Positions 38,456-52,038 of a stretch of DNA of 64,000 bases are shown in pieces. The position numbers were made by a program, and so were the translations under genes. Origin of the DNA: Rhynchobatus australiae (lineage: Eukaryota). How positions within the stretch are numbered: the stretch's first letter is position 1; each line of letters starts with the position of its first letter. A model generated the notes under the pieces. The model was given only the letters and a program-made list of their open reading frames with translations, was not told the DNA's origin and searched no databases. The stretch covers positions 7,634,655 to 7,698,654 of the forward strand of contig JAUZTB010000118.1 of the NCBI GenBank assembly GCA_034780895.1. The letters are read 5' to 3'.

Positions 38456-39908
38456 CAAATGGCTTAAATGCAGGTGGAATTCTAGTCAATACCACCAACA
38501 TTTGCCAGTGAGATCCAGTCCAAGATTTCACTGCTTTTGCAGCCTTCAAAAGTGACAAGAGAAACCTCTGATATAATCTGTTAAATATCAACAGCTTTCT
38601 CACTTCTACAGACACCAGCAACAAGAGCAGTGACACATCAGACTTTATCTCCGCTTTGGGACAGGAAAAATAAGTAAGGGGTAAATCATACCTTGTACAG
38701 TACAACTGAACCATTGCCAATCTACCTCGGTATTGATTATACCAAGACTATCGTGATCCCAGCTGATCTTCTGAGTTTTGCTTAGTACAGCCCCATATTG
38801 AAATTTAGTATGGGTCAGTTCTTCATGCCTGTGAACTGATTTGTTTTAAAGACATAATAGAAGTCTATGCAAATTCTATTTAAACAACTATACTGCCTGC
38901 ACACTTCAACTGTTCATGAAAAATCTGCACAGCACTCATCACAGAGGTTACACTGTTTAATTAATTACATGCAAATGGAGCTTTGACTGTTGCTTTTGCT
39001 GAAACTGCTTATATCTGCAAATCCATGNNNNNNNNNNNATCATGCTTATAAATCAATAATACTTTTTTTCCCTATGAACCAATGTTTATTCAGAATGTAT
39101 TGGAAATCCATGCCTGGCTAAATTTTCTCTTTTATCATTAATTGGTTTGCAATGTATTTTATTCAAGTTAAAAACACTTAATTGGCTTATGCACTTAAGA
39201 AGAGTGCATAAGAATGTATGAGAAGTGAACCGCAAAAGATCATTGATGTTCTTCAGGTCCCTATGTTTGGAAATACTATCCTTCCCTTCCATCTCACAAT
39301 CACTTTGTTGTGATATAAGAAAACAAAATTCTCACTTCTGTTTTGAGTGCAAGATCATTGAATTATCCCAAGACAGTCCAGTTAAAGCGTTGAGTATTTT
39401 TGTGAATAGATACAAATAAATACTGCTTTAATTCATGTTAATTTGGAGAAATGCTGTTCTGAAGAGCTTTTGCAAAAACAAAATAACTTGTCTTTCAAAC
39501 CTGCCCAGGCATTCATGACAGAACAAGGCATTGTGACTTTGCCACAATGAATTCAAGTTCTAACCCAATGGCAGTCTCTGGTCAGGTAACAAAAATAAAA
39601 TCTGTTTTCCAATTCAGATCAGATGTAGAAAATCTGGCAAAGTTCTTTTAAGATTTCAAGAGGAGCAAACTAATGCATACTTCCCACCCTCTCACCTCAT
39701 TTTATCAATGAGCCATGTCCTCAAATTGCTGAAGCTCATTCCTGAATTTTCATTGTGATTCCATACTCAGCATAACATGGTGATTTTTCCAAGTTTAAAT
39801 AGGCCACTGTGTGAAGTAAAAAAGCTCTAGACCTTCAACCTGGCATTGGGTATATACATAACATCTAAATTCATATGCCTATTTAGTTCAAAAAGTCTAT
39901 TCAAACAT

Positions 39909-39947
39909 GTACACACGCACACACGCACGCACACACACACACACACA
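39909..39947. repeat. (CA)n/(CACG)n microsatellite
   Basis: gtacacacgcacacacgcacgcacacacacacacacaca. Confidence 0.9.
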
Positions 39948-41067
39948 AACTTCAATTGATCATCCCAATGTCTTCATAAAAACCAGTAGAAAAATTTCAT
40001 CCCATATCTTCTTCAGCATTTGGAAATGTTTGTTAAATGGATGGGTTGCAATACTTCTTTCAAGTTTCTCTACTTCAAGATTCCAATTGTGCTTGAGAAC
40101 CAAAAGACTGTGCTCAAAATGATGGGCCTCACATGCTTGACACACTCAAAGACCTATCCTAAGATTCCTTCACAATAGTAATGGGAGAAAGGAAGTAGTT
40201 CTTGGGCCTGGGGTGCCATTTCTGTGGGATTGTCTAGTAGGTTGGAAATGGACTTGAAAGATTGGATTGAGGTATCATGGTGAATGAGAGGAGGTGTGGC
40301 AGTACAATTGAGATCAGCTGGTGGGGAGGAAGGTACATCGGAGAAGCAATTGGAGTTCGGGACCACAGGGAGGGCCCCAAGGGAGAACAGTGATGAGGGT
40401 CAAGTTTTTAAGTTAAAGTGGACCTACCGGAACCTGGTTCACTGTGTGGGTTGGACTCCATGTCCCAGAACTGGCCTCATCTAAATTATGTGGAAGCAGG
40501 TTTGTGCTGAGAGGGCCTGCACCTACAGGTTTAGGCAGGTGTTACATACCAGCAACAACAGAAACACACCAAGACATGTATACGTGTTAAAAACTACTTT
40601 ATTAATAACTACTTATGATAATANNNNNNNNNNNNNNNNNNNNNNNNNNNNNNNNNNNNNNNNNNNNNNNNNNNNNNNNNNNNNNNNNNNNNNNNNNNNN
40701 NNNNNNNNNNNNNNNNNNNNNNNCAGAGGAGTGGCTTGCAGCAGTGTGCTGCACACTGTTGAGAACACTGCTAATGTCCAGGCACTGGCAGATTATGGAT
40801 CTTCACTAGTCAATCAAGGACTTCACACTTTAAGTTCCCAATTCCATTTAAGGTGCAATTTTCTTGGAAATTCAATTATGTAGCAAAGATAAACACTGCA
40901 CTACATTATAAAACTTTTGGGATCCTCTTCCCTCAGCCTATAGTGATAACTAAGGGTTTCACAACTATGGTTTGTTTTAGTCATCACTCTTTGAGTCGTT
41001 GTACAGATTCTGTATCATCCATAAGATGAAAGACCTAAATATCTGCATTGTATCTCCAAATGGACAG

Positions 41068-41430
41068 CAGAGTGGTGCAGCGACAAGAGTTGCTAGGGAC
41101 ACTGGTTCCCAGGGTCACTGGTTCAATCCCGATCTTGGATGGAGTTTGCACGTTCTCCCTGTGGCCGCATGGGTTTCCTCCAGGTGGTCCAGTTTTCTAT
41201 CACATTCGAAAAATGTGCATATTGGTAGATTGATAAGCCACTTTAAATTGTCTGTAGCGTATAGATGAGTGGTAGAATCTGGGGGGAGTCAAGCAGAATA
41301 TGGGGAGAATAATAAATGGGAGTTGTGTAGTGTTAGTGCAAATGGGTGATTGATGGTCAGTGCAAACACAAAGGTTCGAAGGGCCTGATTTTGTACTCTG
41401 TGGCTCCATTAATTGACATGACTATAGACT
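41068..41430 (+). mobile_element. V-SINE (HE1-like) with tRNA-derived head and CR1-derived tail
   Basis: A box tggtgcagcg and B box ggttcaatccc (41120-41130); V-domain ggagtttgcacgttctccctgtg..gggtttcctcc; tail gaagggcctg..tgtactctg resembles the CR1 3' end. Confidence 0.85.
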
Positions 41431-42861
41431 TACACACATAATCTAATTCTTTTTGTTTTATGTAAAATAGCAATAACCATCTATTCAAATCCCAAGGATG
41501 CCATCAGATTTGAGGCATGTTATTTCTCACTGGATTGATCTGTATCCAATATTGTTACTGAGGGAGTACATTGAGGATAACGCTGCAGGAGTGAAGGCCT
41601 TCCAGGGAGTAAAGTTTTGAACCCCCCTTTACAGAGAGCAATGCAGGACACTAATAGTTACTTTGTGGATGCCATCTACTTTCTTGTCCACTCATCAACT
41701 AAACTGCCATTGGAATCTCAACCTGTGAAAGCACTGAACCTTCACCACCACCCAATTCCTATACACCACACATATTTTCAAACCTGCTGCTTTTATATTC
41801 ACAGTAAAAAAACGTGTATGTCATAAAATATGTTCAAACCCACTTCATAATGATTCTGTTCAGATCTGGGAAGAAGAACCTCCTTTTAACAGCTGGGTTT
41901 TGATGCATAATATGGTTTCAAAGCAACACCAGATAAACAGGATGGGATCCCCAGGTTTAGCTCAGATAATGATCCAGTTTATGGGGATCAGAATACTACT
42001 GTTGACAACTCAACCTACAGAGGAACTATGTCCCATTGCCATTGACTCTGCTCCTGTAACATAAAAGCAGTCTGTGTGACCTTCGAAACACCTTTAATAG
42101 GGTAAATCGCCGCATCTTATTATATTGGAGGTCAATTTATTTTCCCTTCATTGTCAGATAGCACACATCAAAAGACTAAAAAATACATCTAATTTAAGCT
42201 CTGCTTAAATGGGAGTCTCTTAGGACAATTACAACTCCTTCGTTACATTAATGATCTCCCTTAGATGTATCCACACTCCAAATGTCTTTTCTAGCGTACT
42301 GATTCCTATTTACAAAATCTGCTAAAACTATTAGAAGTATCTGAAATGAAAATGCTGGAAGTTTTATAGCCACCTTGTTTTCAATGTCAAATTAATAATC
42401 TAATTTTACTCAGGCTTTTTGACTGTCTTCCTGAAGGAGGCCTTTCAGTAATCAGCAGAAATTGCATTCAATTTTAAAAACATGGAGGTATCCAGGTTAC
42501 AGGTAACCAGTGGACTGCCCTTCAGTGGTCACACCTGCAAACAGATTGCCAATTCATTGTGTGCATTTATAAAATGAGTCCAAACCTACTCTGCGGAGAA
42601 ATTTCAATTACCACGTAACTACATGAAATCTGCTTCACTCTGATTGAAATGATTCTATCTGGAGATACCCAGCTGCTGCCAAGTGATACATAATTATATA
42701 AAAGTAAGTAAGCAGAGCTGGATTAAATTACAATGCAGAACCTTAAAGGGACTACCACAAATCACACACAAGAAGCTTCCATTATCAATGAGAGACATCC
42801 ATCTTGAAGTGTTTCCAAAGCTGAATCCCACTTTCCCATTTGGGTGCATTGTTCTTCCTTT

Positions 42862-43495
42862 GAATCATAATCAGAATCAGGTTTATTATCACTGGCATAT
42901 ATCGTGAAATTTGTTCTTTTGCAGCAACAGTACAGCGCAAGACATAAAGACATAAAAGTTACTATAAGTTACAAAAATAAATAAATAATGCAAATGAGGA
43001 ATAATGCAGTGTTCATGGGTTCATGGACCATTCAGAAATCTGATGGCGGAGGGGAAGAAGCTGTTCCTGAAACATTGAGTGTAGGACTTCAGGCTCCTGT
43101 ACCTCCTCCCCGATGACAGCAATGTGAAGAGGGCATGCCCTGGGTGGTGAGGGTCCTTAATGATGGATGGTGCCTTCTTGAGGCACCGCCTCTTGAAGGT
43201 GTCCTCGATGGCAGGGAGGGTTGTGCCCGTGAAGGAGCTGTCTGAGTCTACAACCTTCTGTAGCCTCTTTCGATCCTGCACATTGGAGCCTCCATACCAG
43301 GCGGTGATGCAACCAGTCAGAATGCTCTCCACTATATATATGTAGAAATTTGCAAGAATCTCTGGTGACGTGCAAAATCTTTTCAAACTCCTAATGAAGT
43401 AGAGCTGCTGGCATGCCTTCTTCATGATTGCATCAATGTGTTGGGCCCAAAATAGATCCTCTGAGATGTTGATGCCCAGGAACTTGAAGTTGCCT
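42862..43495 (-). mobile_element. Rex1/Babar LINE 3' fragment (best-preserved copy)
   Basis: ORF 43021..43425(-) reads KKACQQLYFIRSLKRF...VESILTGCITAWYG...RKRLQKVV...IIKDPHHPGHALFTLLSSGRRYRSL...RNSFFPSAIRFLN; tcagaatcagg tail. Confidence 0.9.
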
Positions 43496-43869
43496 CAATT
43501 TTCTGCATTTTTATCACCTGTAATCACTTTTGGAATCTGAACATTCATGCTCAACATGGAAACTTTCAGAAAAAATATCAATGAATAGGCAAGGAATAAT
43601 GGTAGATGGAGTGGAAAAATTAAACTATGTGTAGCTTTGAGAGGATCAGTCTAAATCAATATAAAATGAAAGTCAGAAAAGATAAGTGAACATTTAGCCA
43701 TATATTTAAAATTAAACTCAATCTGCATGCTAAAATTTAACCAACATTGCAGTTAGTAGATGACAACTATATCTAACTAGTTACTTAACAAAGTTGAATA
43801 TGTGTATGGATAAGGAATATTTGAGTTTTTTCTAAAAACCAATGTAAAATGACCAAATCTACATCCACT

Positions 43870-44330
43870 CAAGGTTATAAGAGCAGGATTAGGCCACGAG
43901 CCTCTCAAGCCTGCTCTACCACCAATAAGATCATGGCCATTTTATTCCTGAGTATTTCAGCATATTTTTATTTCAACTCCATTTTCCTGCTTGGTCACCA
44001 AACCTCTTGACTCCCTTACAGTCCAATAGATATTTAACTCAGCTTTGAATCCATGCTCTGATTCAGTTTCCACAGCTCTCTGAGGCAGAGCATCCTAAAG
44101 ACTCATAACCTACCAGATGAAGAAATTCTCCTTCATCTTGTTATTATACCAATGAGCCTTATTTTGAAATACGTCTCCTCATTCTAGGTTCTCCTGCAAG
44201 GGAAAAGTTCTCTCAACATTTCATTAAGAGCACTCCACGTTCTTCTGAATTCCAATAATTCTCAGCCTAAACCTGACAACATTTCCTCAGGAGCAATACT
44301 TTCATTCTAGAATCAATCCAGTAAACTGCT
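43870..44330 (-). mobile_element. CR1 3' fragment (old)
   Basis: taagagcaggattaggcc..gcctgctctacc..aataagatcatggc..gaagaaattctccttcatc. Confidence 0.65.
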
Positions 44331-44654
44331 CTGATGTGGGAAAAATTAGTTTCAATTTATGGAGCACCAGTACTAGGGAAAGAGGAAATTGATTCATTGG
44401 GATGTGCTTCATTTGAACTGGACCAGTGAACTCACAATCAAATCACTCAGATCTCAGATGTCGATAAGGGTCTAAACTAAATAATTTGTGGGGGTGGAGG
44501 AGGGAAGGAAGTGTTCTCATGGGGGCACATTCAGAAATTTAAGGAGAAGAGCCAAAGTGATAGTAGGGTAGCAAAATGATTAATGCTGACCTGAGGTTGA
44601 CAGGAAGGGACATTACAGACAAACAGAAGAGTACAGCTCAGAACAGAATAAAAG

Positions 44655-44880
44655 GGGGAAACTTAAGTCTCTTTATCTGAATGCGTGCAGCTTTTGCAAC
44701 AAGAAAGGTGAATTCATGGCATAAATAGAAATAAATTGGTTTAATCTAATAACCATTCCACAGATGTGGTTGCAAAGTGATCTGTGTTGGGAGTTAAATA
44801 TTCAGGGATTCTATTTCTTTTCAAAGAGAGACGAGAAATGGAAAAGGAGGTGGGGTGCTTCTGACATTAAAGAATGGGAC
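44655..44880 (+). mobile_element. CR1 ORF2 APE endonuclease N-terminal remnant
   Basis: Translates to LKSLYLNACSFCNKKGEFMA*IEINWFNLITIPQMWLQSDLCWELNIQGF, matching the CR1 pattern 'LYLNARS..NK..EL......I.ETWL....WELNIQGY'. Confidence 0.75.
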
Positions 44881-45354
44881 ATAGATGCTGGATTAAACCC
44901 CTTCAAGATTTTTACACTGTCCTTCTATGAGTCCTTGTCAGTGATCCATGACGCTGACAGCCTCACCAATATGTCGCTGGGCCTACCACAGTCCTCTTTC
45001 CTGTGTGACCCTGTTGCTCTGTTCTGTGTCCTCTCCAGGAACCTCAATGATATTTTTGCCCTCACTCACTTTATATGCAGTACAAATGGCTGTCACTGGT
45101 CATAATTCTCAACCTCACTGACATATCAGCCACATCTCCTGCTCGACTTCACATTGGTTCACTACCCTGCTATTTCATCAAGCAGCAGCTCCCGAACATA
45201 ACACCAGTCCACTCAAGACCATATGTAAGCTCTTTAGCATTGATACTAAGCAAGGCAGATAATGGAGGTAAAGCTACATCCTTCGTTGAAGGTCAAAAAT
45301 ATCTTCTCAACAAAGATGGTCACTGTCATCGGTAATAATATGCTTTTATTTTAA

Positions 45355-45915
45355 CTTATGGTGACGTGATGGAAGACTATTGAGCCCATCAGGTCCATGC
45401 TACCCTCAACAAAGCAACCCCACCAGTCCCAATCTTCCTCCGTCCTCACTTCCCTGCAGCCCCGTAACTTGTTCTATCACGCAAGCCCATCAACTTCCAT
45501 TTGATTCCTCTGCTATTCAAGGGATAATTTACAGTGAAAAATGTGATGATGCTGGAGGAACTCAGCAGGCCAGGCAGCATCCATGGNNNNNNNNNNNNNN
45601 NNNNNNNNNNNNNNNNGGCAGCATCCATGGAGAAAAGCAGGCAGTCAACATTTCAGGACCCAAAACTTTGACTGCCTGCTTTTCTCCACGGATGCTGCCT
45701 GGCCTGCTGAGTTCCTCCAGCATCACAGTGTTTTTCATCTAGGTTCCAGCATCTGCAGTCCTTTGTATCTCTCGGATAGTTTACAGTAGCCAATTAAATT
45801 ATCAGCACATCTCTGGAATGCGAGAGGTTACACGCAAACTACACGTGGTCAGTAGGGTCAAACCCAGGTCCCTGGAGCTTTGAGGCAGCAATGTTATCTG
45901 CTGCACCATTATGCT
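45355..45915 (-). mobile_element. Degenerate V-SINE interrupted by Penelope fold-back insert
   Basis: Head (minus strand tggtgcagcag...gggacctgggtttgaccc) at about 45855-45910; body and tail resume left of 45535. Confidence 0.7.
45536..45773. mobile_element. Fold-back Penelope pLTR element with 14-bp TSD
   Basis: Near-perfect arms gatgctggaggaactcagcaggccaggcagcatcc...gagaaaagcaggcagtcaa / ttgactgcctgcttttctc...ggatgctgcctggcctgctgagttcctccagcatc. Flanked by ggataatttacagt (45522-45535) and ggatagtttacagt (45774-45787). Confidence 0.85.
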
Positions 45916-47769
45916 ACCCCTTCACTGGTCCTCCATACATACAGGAAGTGTTACAATAGGAAGAAAGGGTACAATAGACTCTCAGCATGGAGAAAGGGGA
46001 ACGAATGTAGAGATTATGCTGGAGACACAAGGATGTGGAAAGAAAGGGGGATTATTGAAGTTATTGAAAATTATAGTGACAGACCAGAGGGCATTAGAGA
46101 GTGAATTTTGAAGAAAGATAAAGATGATATTTGATTACTCAGTTTTCAGATGAGGTAGCCTAACTGCAGCAACTATAATGATTGTAAAAGAAATCAACAG
46201 GGCACCTGGGTATTTTAAAAGAGCAGCAAATGCCCAGCAGAGTACTCCATATTTGTTAAGAGAAAAGAAGTGTTTGAATTTCAGCAGTGCACCTGATTTT
46301 CACAAAATTTTCACAATGGTATTTCTAGATGCTGACAGGTCTGTGCACATTTCCAGTACTTTCAATTCATTCTTCCAACTTCCAGTATCTTGTTTTAAGC
46401 TGATAACCCATGATACTGTAAAGGGAAGAGCAGGAATGCATTCTTTCTGGATTCTCTGGAATGTGCCAAATGGATCCCCCCTTCCAAATCAACCATGTCG
46501 TCGAAGCAAAAAACTGCAGGTGCGGAAAATATGAGACAAGTCAGGCAGCATCTATGGAGAGGGAAACAATTCCAGTCATTGGCTCCTCATTAAGTAGCTG
46601 CCGTATCACCTGCAGAATGATTCTGGCATTTTCTGGTTTTATTTCAATCATATTATTATATCACCTAGTCTGAAGGAAGATCACATGGAGTGGGTGTTAT
46701 TTTATCTGCAGCACAGAAGCCACACACCTCTTAATTTTCTTTTCCTCCAGTACACAAAGTAGATTGCTGTAAACCTCAGTGCAAGACTCCAGCAAGTCTG
46801 CCTGTTTATATAAAAATAATTAAGGATACAAGTAAAAGGGAAAAATTGGCTTCACTCCAACACCTGGACCCAAACTCCATATGCACTGCTACAAAAGACA
46901 TTTCGGTTGTTGTGCCAACAAAGATATTTCCCCCAAGAGACATAGCCATCTGCACCGATCCTAAACAACATTATGTTAATACATTTTTTTTTAAACATCG
47001 CAAAATTGCATTCAAATGGAGGGCTGAATGGGTAATAACATGAACTGCGTTGCTGCTGTGTTCCCAGTTTAAGCTGTTTAAATGACTGTTTAGAATGCAT
47101 AGTTCCCCATGGATAACAACTATGGCATTAAGTACAACAAAATGTAGACCAAAACACAAATAATTCAGCCGCTTGGACAATGTATTGATTGCTTGGACTC
47201 GTGTGTACCTGAGTCATGGAAAGTTAATGATGCACATTAATGCTGATTGGTTTAATAACTTCTGAATCCTGTATTTGTGTAGTCCCAGTTGGCATCGTGA
47301 TCAAATGAGCCTTATGACTGACAAAGCCATTGACTGAACTGAGGCAAGTAAATCTGAAGTTACAAATTGTAATTTTTAAAAAAGTGATCCAGGTTTTCTC
47401 AATCAAAGGTCTTTGGTGGATTTGAACCAAGGTGTGGTCCATCTGTGCACCATGTTGGTGTCTCTGATTTGGATCCAGTAAGGAGTGACCACTTGATTTT
47501 CTGCCTCATGGATTACTTAAAGGTCTTCCACTGCTTATTTATGTTATTTTTGAATAGATAGGTGAATATACTGTGTTGCAACACATCAAGGTGCTTGAAT
47601 AATATAAAGTAAAGCTCAATGGTTGCTAAATTTATATGTTGTATTGCTTCAAGCAGGGATGACCGATCTGCATTCCATAGCTCCCTGCAGCCCCAAATCC
47701 TTGCAAATATGGCTGTCGACTAAACTGTCCTGTTTACATTCTTGTGTGGTTTGTCATGTCTGAAGTGCA

Positions 47770-48293
47770 TTGGTATTGGTATTGATTTATTATTGTCACT
47801 TACCGAGGTACAGTGAAAAACTTGTCTTCATACCATTCGGACGGACCAATTAATTACAGAGTGCATTGAGGTAGTACAGGGTAAAAACAATAACAGAATA
47901 CAGAGTAAAATGTCACAGATACAGGGAAGTGCATTGCGGGTAGACAATAAGGTGCAAGGTCAAACGAGGTAGCTTACAAGGTCAAGAGTCCATCTCATCG
48001 TATAAGGGAACCATTCAGTAGTCTTATCACCGTGGGACAGAAGCTGTCCTTGAGCCTGGTGGTATGTGCCCTCAGGCTCCTGTATCTTCTGCCTGATGGG
48101 AGAGGAGAGAAAAGAGAGAATGACCTGGGTGGGTGGGGTCTTTGATTATGCTGGCTGCTTCACCAAGGCAGCGAGAGGTATAGACCGAGTCCATGGAGGG
48201 GAGGCTGGTTTCTGTGATGCGCTGGGCTGTGTCCACAACTCTCTGTAGTTTCTTGTGGTCCCGGGCAGAGCAGTTGCCATATCAAACCGTGAT
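47770..48293 (-). mobile_element. Rex1/Babar LINE 3' fragment
   Basis: (ggtatt)n tail. Minus strand encodes HKKLQRVVDTAQRITETSLPSMDSVYTSRCLGEAASIIKDPTHPGHSLF. Confidence 0.85.
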
Positions 48294-49439
48294 GGTTGTG
48301 GTTGTTTAAAACGATTGGTTAATGTCAGTGGATAAATTCCAAATGAGAGTACCAAGATCTGATAACATCAGAAACTTGACACAGGTGCAAATGGACAGAA
48401 ACACAAATTCATATATTATGTGTGGCCCTGGAGACTTCACATTGTGTGCCTCAGCAATCAACAACACACTGTTTGCAGAGAGCAGCTTAAAAAAAATACT
48501 GTTTACTGTATAAATACTGTGTGTAAAACATCCAGAAGCACTTAGAAGTAAAATGAAAAAAATAATAGCTTGGTGTTTCAGTGCTTTTGCAAGAGACATC
48601 TTGTATTGCATCTCTTGGGTGCAGCTCAAAGCACTTAGCTTACAATACATTAGTTGGTTTTGTTCTTATTTAGACAAGTACAGCAACCACTTTGTATATA
48701 CCAAGCTGTCACCTCGAACAGTGTGACCAGTTGAAGTATCAATGGGTTGATTAGATGTAAGCCAGTGCAATTTAGTTATGCATCAGTGTATGCTGCACTC
48801 ATTGGTGGAATTATTAAAGAGTTCCCTCAGTTGTTTCTGCCAAAATTAAACTGGAAATAAACAACTGGTTGTGTCCTCACAAATGTAAGTTAAGCTGTAA
48901 AGTTTCCCCTTTCCTCAAATATAACAGTGCTGTATATTGTCATGTAAATATGTCAATATTATCCTGCAATACACCTCAGGTGGACAGGTTCAAATTTACT
49001 CCTATATTGAGGTATTTTGGAAAAGGTAGGAGAAGGGAGCTAAGTGAAGAGCATTTTCATCACGTTTGTGTGCACAAAATNNNNNNNNNNNNNNNNNNNN
49101 NNNNNNNNNNNNNNNNNNNNNNNNNNNNNNNNNNNNNNNNNGGAGTAATCAGTGGAGAGGTTTTTTTGCATGGAAGCTATGCAAGGCCTTTCTCTTGCTC
49201 ACCAGGCTTCTAATCTGTGCAAAATCGGTGTGCCTCTCCATGCAGTGCCACCTTAACTGTTGCTTTTTTCAGTGCTGAAGAATTTCTAGTCTTTGGTCTG
49301 AAGAGCAGGAATTCTCAAGCAATGCTGTCGAGATTCCCCAATCTATGGGAAACACTGTGGTAAAAAAGAGTGAGAAGGGCTGAATCCAATTGCATGTGGG
49401 CCCATCGGAAGCATCTCTTGGCTCATAAGCTACAAGCTA

Positions 49440-49620
49440 TGAGCAACCATCTGCTGGAGGCAATCAACGGGTGGAACAGTAACTGGGAGGGGAGGCGTGC
49501 AAAGAAACTGTCAATGTTCCGGATTGAAACCCTGCATCAGGACTAAGAGTGGAGAGGGAGGTAGCCAGTGTAAAGGGGAGAGGGGGAGTGGTGAGACAAG
49601 GGTCAGAGGTGATTGCAGAC
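49440..49620 (-). mobile_element. Penelope pLTR remnant with degenerate hammerhead
   Basis: Minus strand reads gtcctgatgcagggtttcaatccggaacattgacag, followed by a ctccagcagat pLTR end. Confidence 0.65.
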
Positions 49621-49734
49621 AGTGGTTTGGGTGAAGGTCAACAGGCAGATCTGCCCACGCAATGTGTTGAGGTCTCGCAAACTTGGTTTGTTTTCTCTGT
49701 AGTGTCAGATGCTGAGAGATGACCTGACAGAAGT

Positions 49735-50075
49735 AGTTCATATTATGGGAGGTATAGATAGAGTAGATAGTCTTTTTCTAGGGTGGAAATATCAAATACT
49801 AGAGGGCATAGGTTTAAGGTGAGGGGGGATAGTTTAATGGAGATTTATGAGGCAACCTTTTTACACAGAGAATGGTGGGTGCTTGGAATGTGTTGGGGTG
49901 GTGGAAGCAGGTATAATAGCAAAGTTTAAGAGGCATTTAGACAGCCACATGGATGGGTAGGGAAAGGAGGGATATAGACTATATACAGTCAGATGGGATT
50001 CATTTAATTTGGCATAATGGTTGGCACAGACGTGGTGGGCAGAAGGACCTGCTCCAGTGTCATACTGTTCTATGC
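49735..50075 (+). mobile_element. CR1 3' fragment
   Basis: Translates to SNTRGHRFKVRG...GNLFTQRMVGAWN, followed by the CR1 3' UTR. Confidence 0.85.
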
Positions 50076-51799
50076 TGGTGTCTTTCCAGTACCTTAAGAT
50101 GTCTGCTGGAGGTAGTCAGATCTCAAAAGCACAAAGGAGGGCAAAGATCACAGCTTCCCGGTAGACCCTAAGTTTTGTGCCAGGTCTGAAATCTTAATCT
50201 TCAAATACTCTTNNNNNNNNNNNNNNNNNNNNNNNNNNNNNNNNNNNNNNNNNNNNNNNNNNNNNNNNNNNNNNNNNNNNNNNNNNNNNNNNNNNNNNNN
50301 NNNNNNNNNNNNNNNNNNNNNNNNNNNNNNNNNNNNNNNNNNNNNNNNNNNNNNNNNNNNNNNNNNNNNNNNNNNNNNNNNNNNNNNNNNNNNNNNNNNN
50401 NNNNNNNNNNNNNNNNNNNNNNNNNNNNNNNNNNNNNNNNNNNNNNNNNNNNNNNNNNNNNNNNNNNNNNNNNNNNNNNNNNNCCCAACACAAGCATTGT
50501 CTGCACACTGCAGATGAGTGATTGAGGTTTGGGTGTCTTCGGTTCTGGAGTGTAGTTGCCACAGCTTGAACAGTTACCCATTAGTTCTGAAGACTTGCTC
50601 CATTTTGATGGTTGAATAGCTCATTGACCCCACTCTCCCATGAAGTAGACAGGCACTGATCCAACCTATAGTGAGAACTATTAACATGGCAGTATATTTG
50701 CAACTGTAATGATAGGGCAATTTTACGAGTCAAAGTGCTTGGACCTGCTCTAAGTTTTGACATGAACTTGGCTTTAATTGGACAAAAAAAATTGGATAAT
50801 TATGTGGTTATAAATTAGATATGGTTGGATGTTTGGTCTTGCAGTAGAATGGGATTGGAATATAAATTGCTGGAATAATAAGTGGGTGTCACTGAAGTAA
50901 CTGAGATAGAATATGCAAACATGTGATTGCATACACATCAGCAGACATTTAAATATTGAACACAGTGCAGGCAGTAATATAAAATTCATGTGCCATTCCT
51001 GGTTACTTGATTTCATTCCTTTTTCTTCCATCGCATTCTCTACCAAAGGTGTTCAACCTGGGACGGGATCTGTCAAATGCATGTCAGCCTGCTGACAAAC
51101 CTCAGCAGCTAGATTCCAAACACACTTCAATTATTAGACCCCATATTCAAGTCCATGTCCAGTTTCCCACTGATGGACTGCAATTCAGAGCTGGATATCA
51201 GGGAGTTAACTCTGGGTGAGACAATGGCACAGAGGAACATCGCTGGCAATAAAATCAGTCGATCAGTGAGAATAGTGGTCTCGGCATTGGTCCAGGAGGA
51301 AGTGGGTCACACATTCAGTGAAAAATAGTGGAAATTCTTTACTTCTTGGGGGTCTGTGGAATACATTTGGTAGAAAAGCCACTTCCCCACACTCCCCTGC
51401 AGTCAAAGTAGTAATTCAGACCCCCAATGACACCGTCATGGATATTTAAAGAACTGTTCCTCCCCACCCAATTAAAACCCTAGGTTTCAAAGAGATGACC
51501 CACNNNNNNNNNNNNNNNNNNNNNNNNNNNNNNNNNNNNNNNNNNNNNNNNNNNNNNNNNNNNNNNNNNNNNNNNNNNNNNNNNNNNNNNNNNNNNNNNN
51601 NNNTGCTTATTCAATAGAACTGATTAACACTGTAACTTGTAGAATCCATGGATAATTGTATGGAGCGAGTCAGCAGACAATTGTAACACTCATCTGCCCA
51701 CTTCCCCTGTTTTATTCCAAATGAATATTAGCTCATTCTGAGAACCACTTTATAAATATTCTCAAACTTCAGGGGTGCACTATTTTTGTGTGAATTATT

Positions 51800-52038
51800 T
51801 TCAGTAATTGTTACCTTAACAACTTTGGTTTGCACCCTTATCATAGTCATTCCCCTGTTCTTTCTACCTTCCCCCCTCCGCAAATTAAAATTTATATCTT
51901 TTCATTTTGAGTGCCAATGAAGGGTCGTTGATCCGAAGCATTAACTCTGCTTCTCTCTCCACTGATACTACTTGATATGCCAACTCTTTCTAGTATTCCC
52001 TGTTTTATTTTGGATTTCCAGCATCTGCAGTTTTTGTA
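51800..52038 (+). mobile_element. Penelope UTR/pLTR remnant
   Basis: ccaatgaagggtcgttgatccgaagcattaactctg (decayed hammerhead) ... ttttattttggatttccagcatctgcagttttt. Confidence 0.65.

Noticed and set aside
41068-41135. tRNA-like A/B boxes (also at 52860-52920 and 58400-58463)
   Set aside because: These are SINE heads followed by SINE bodies; no cloverleaf, so not tRNA genes.
45536-45773. Long hairpin as a miRNA precursor or DNA-transposon MITE
   Set aside because: The arms are Penelope pLTR sequence and the 14-bp TSD does not fit Tc1 (TA) or hAT (8 bp). There is no evidence of miRNA processing.
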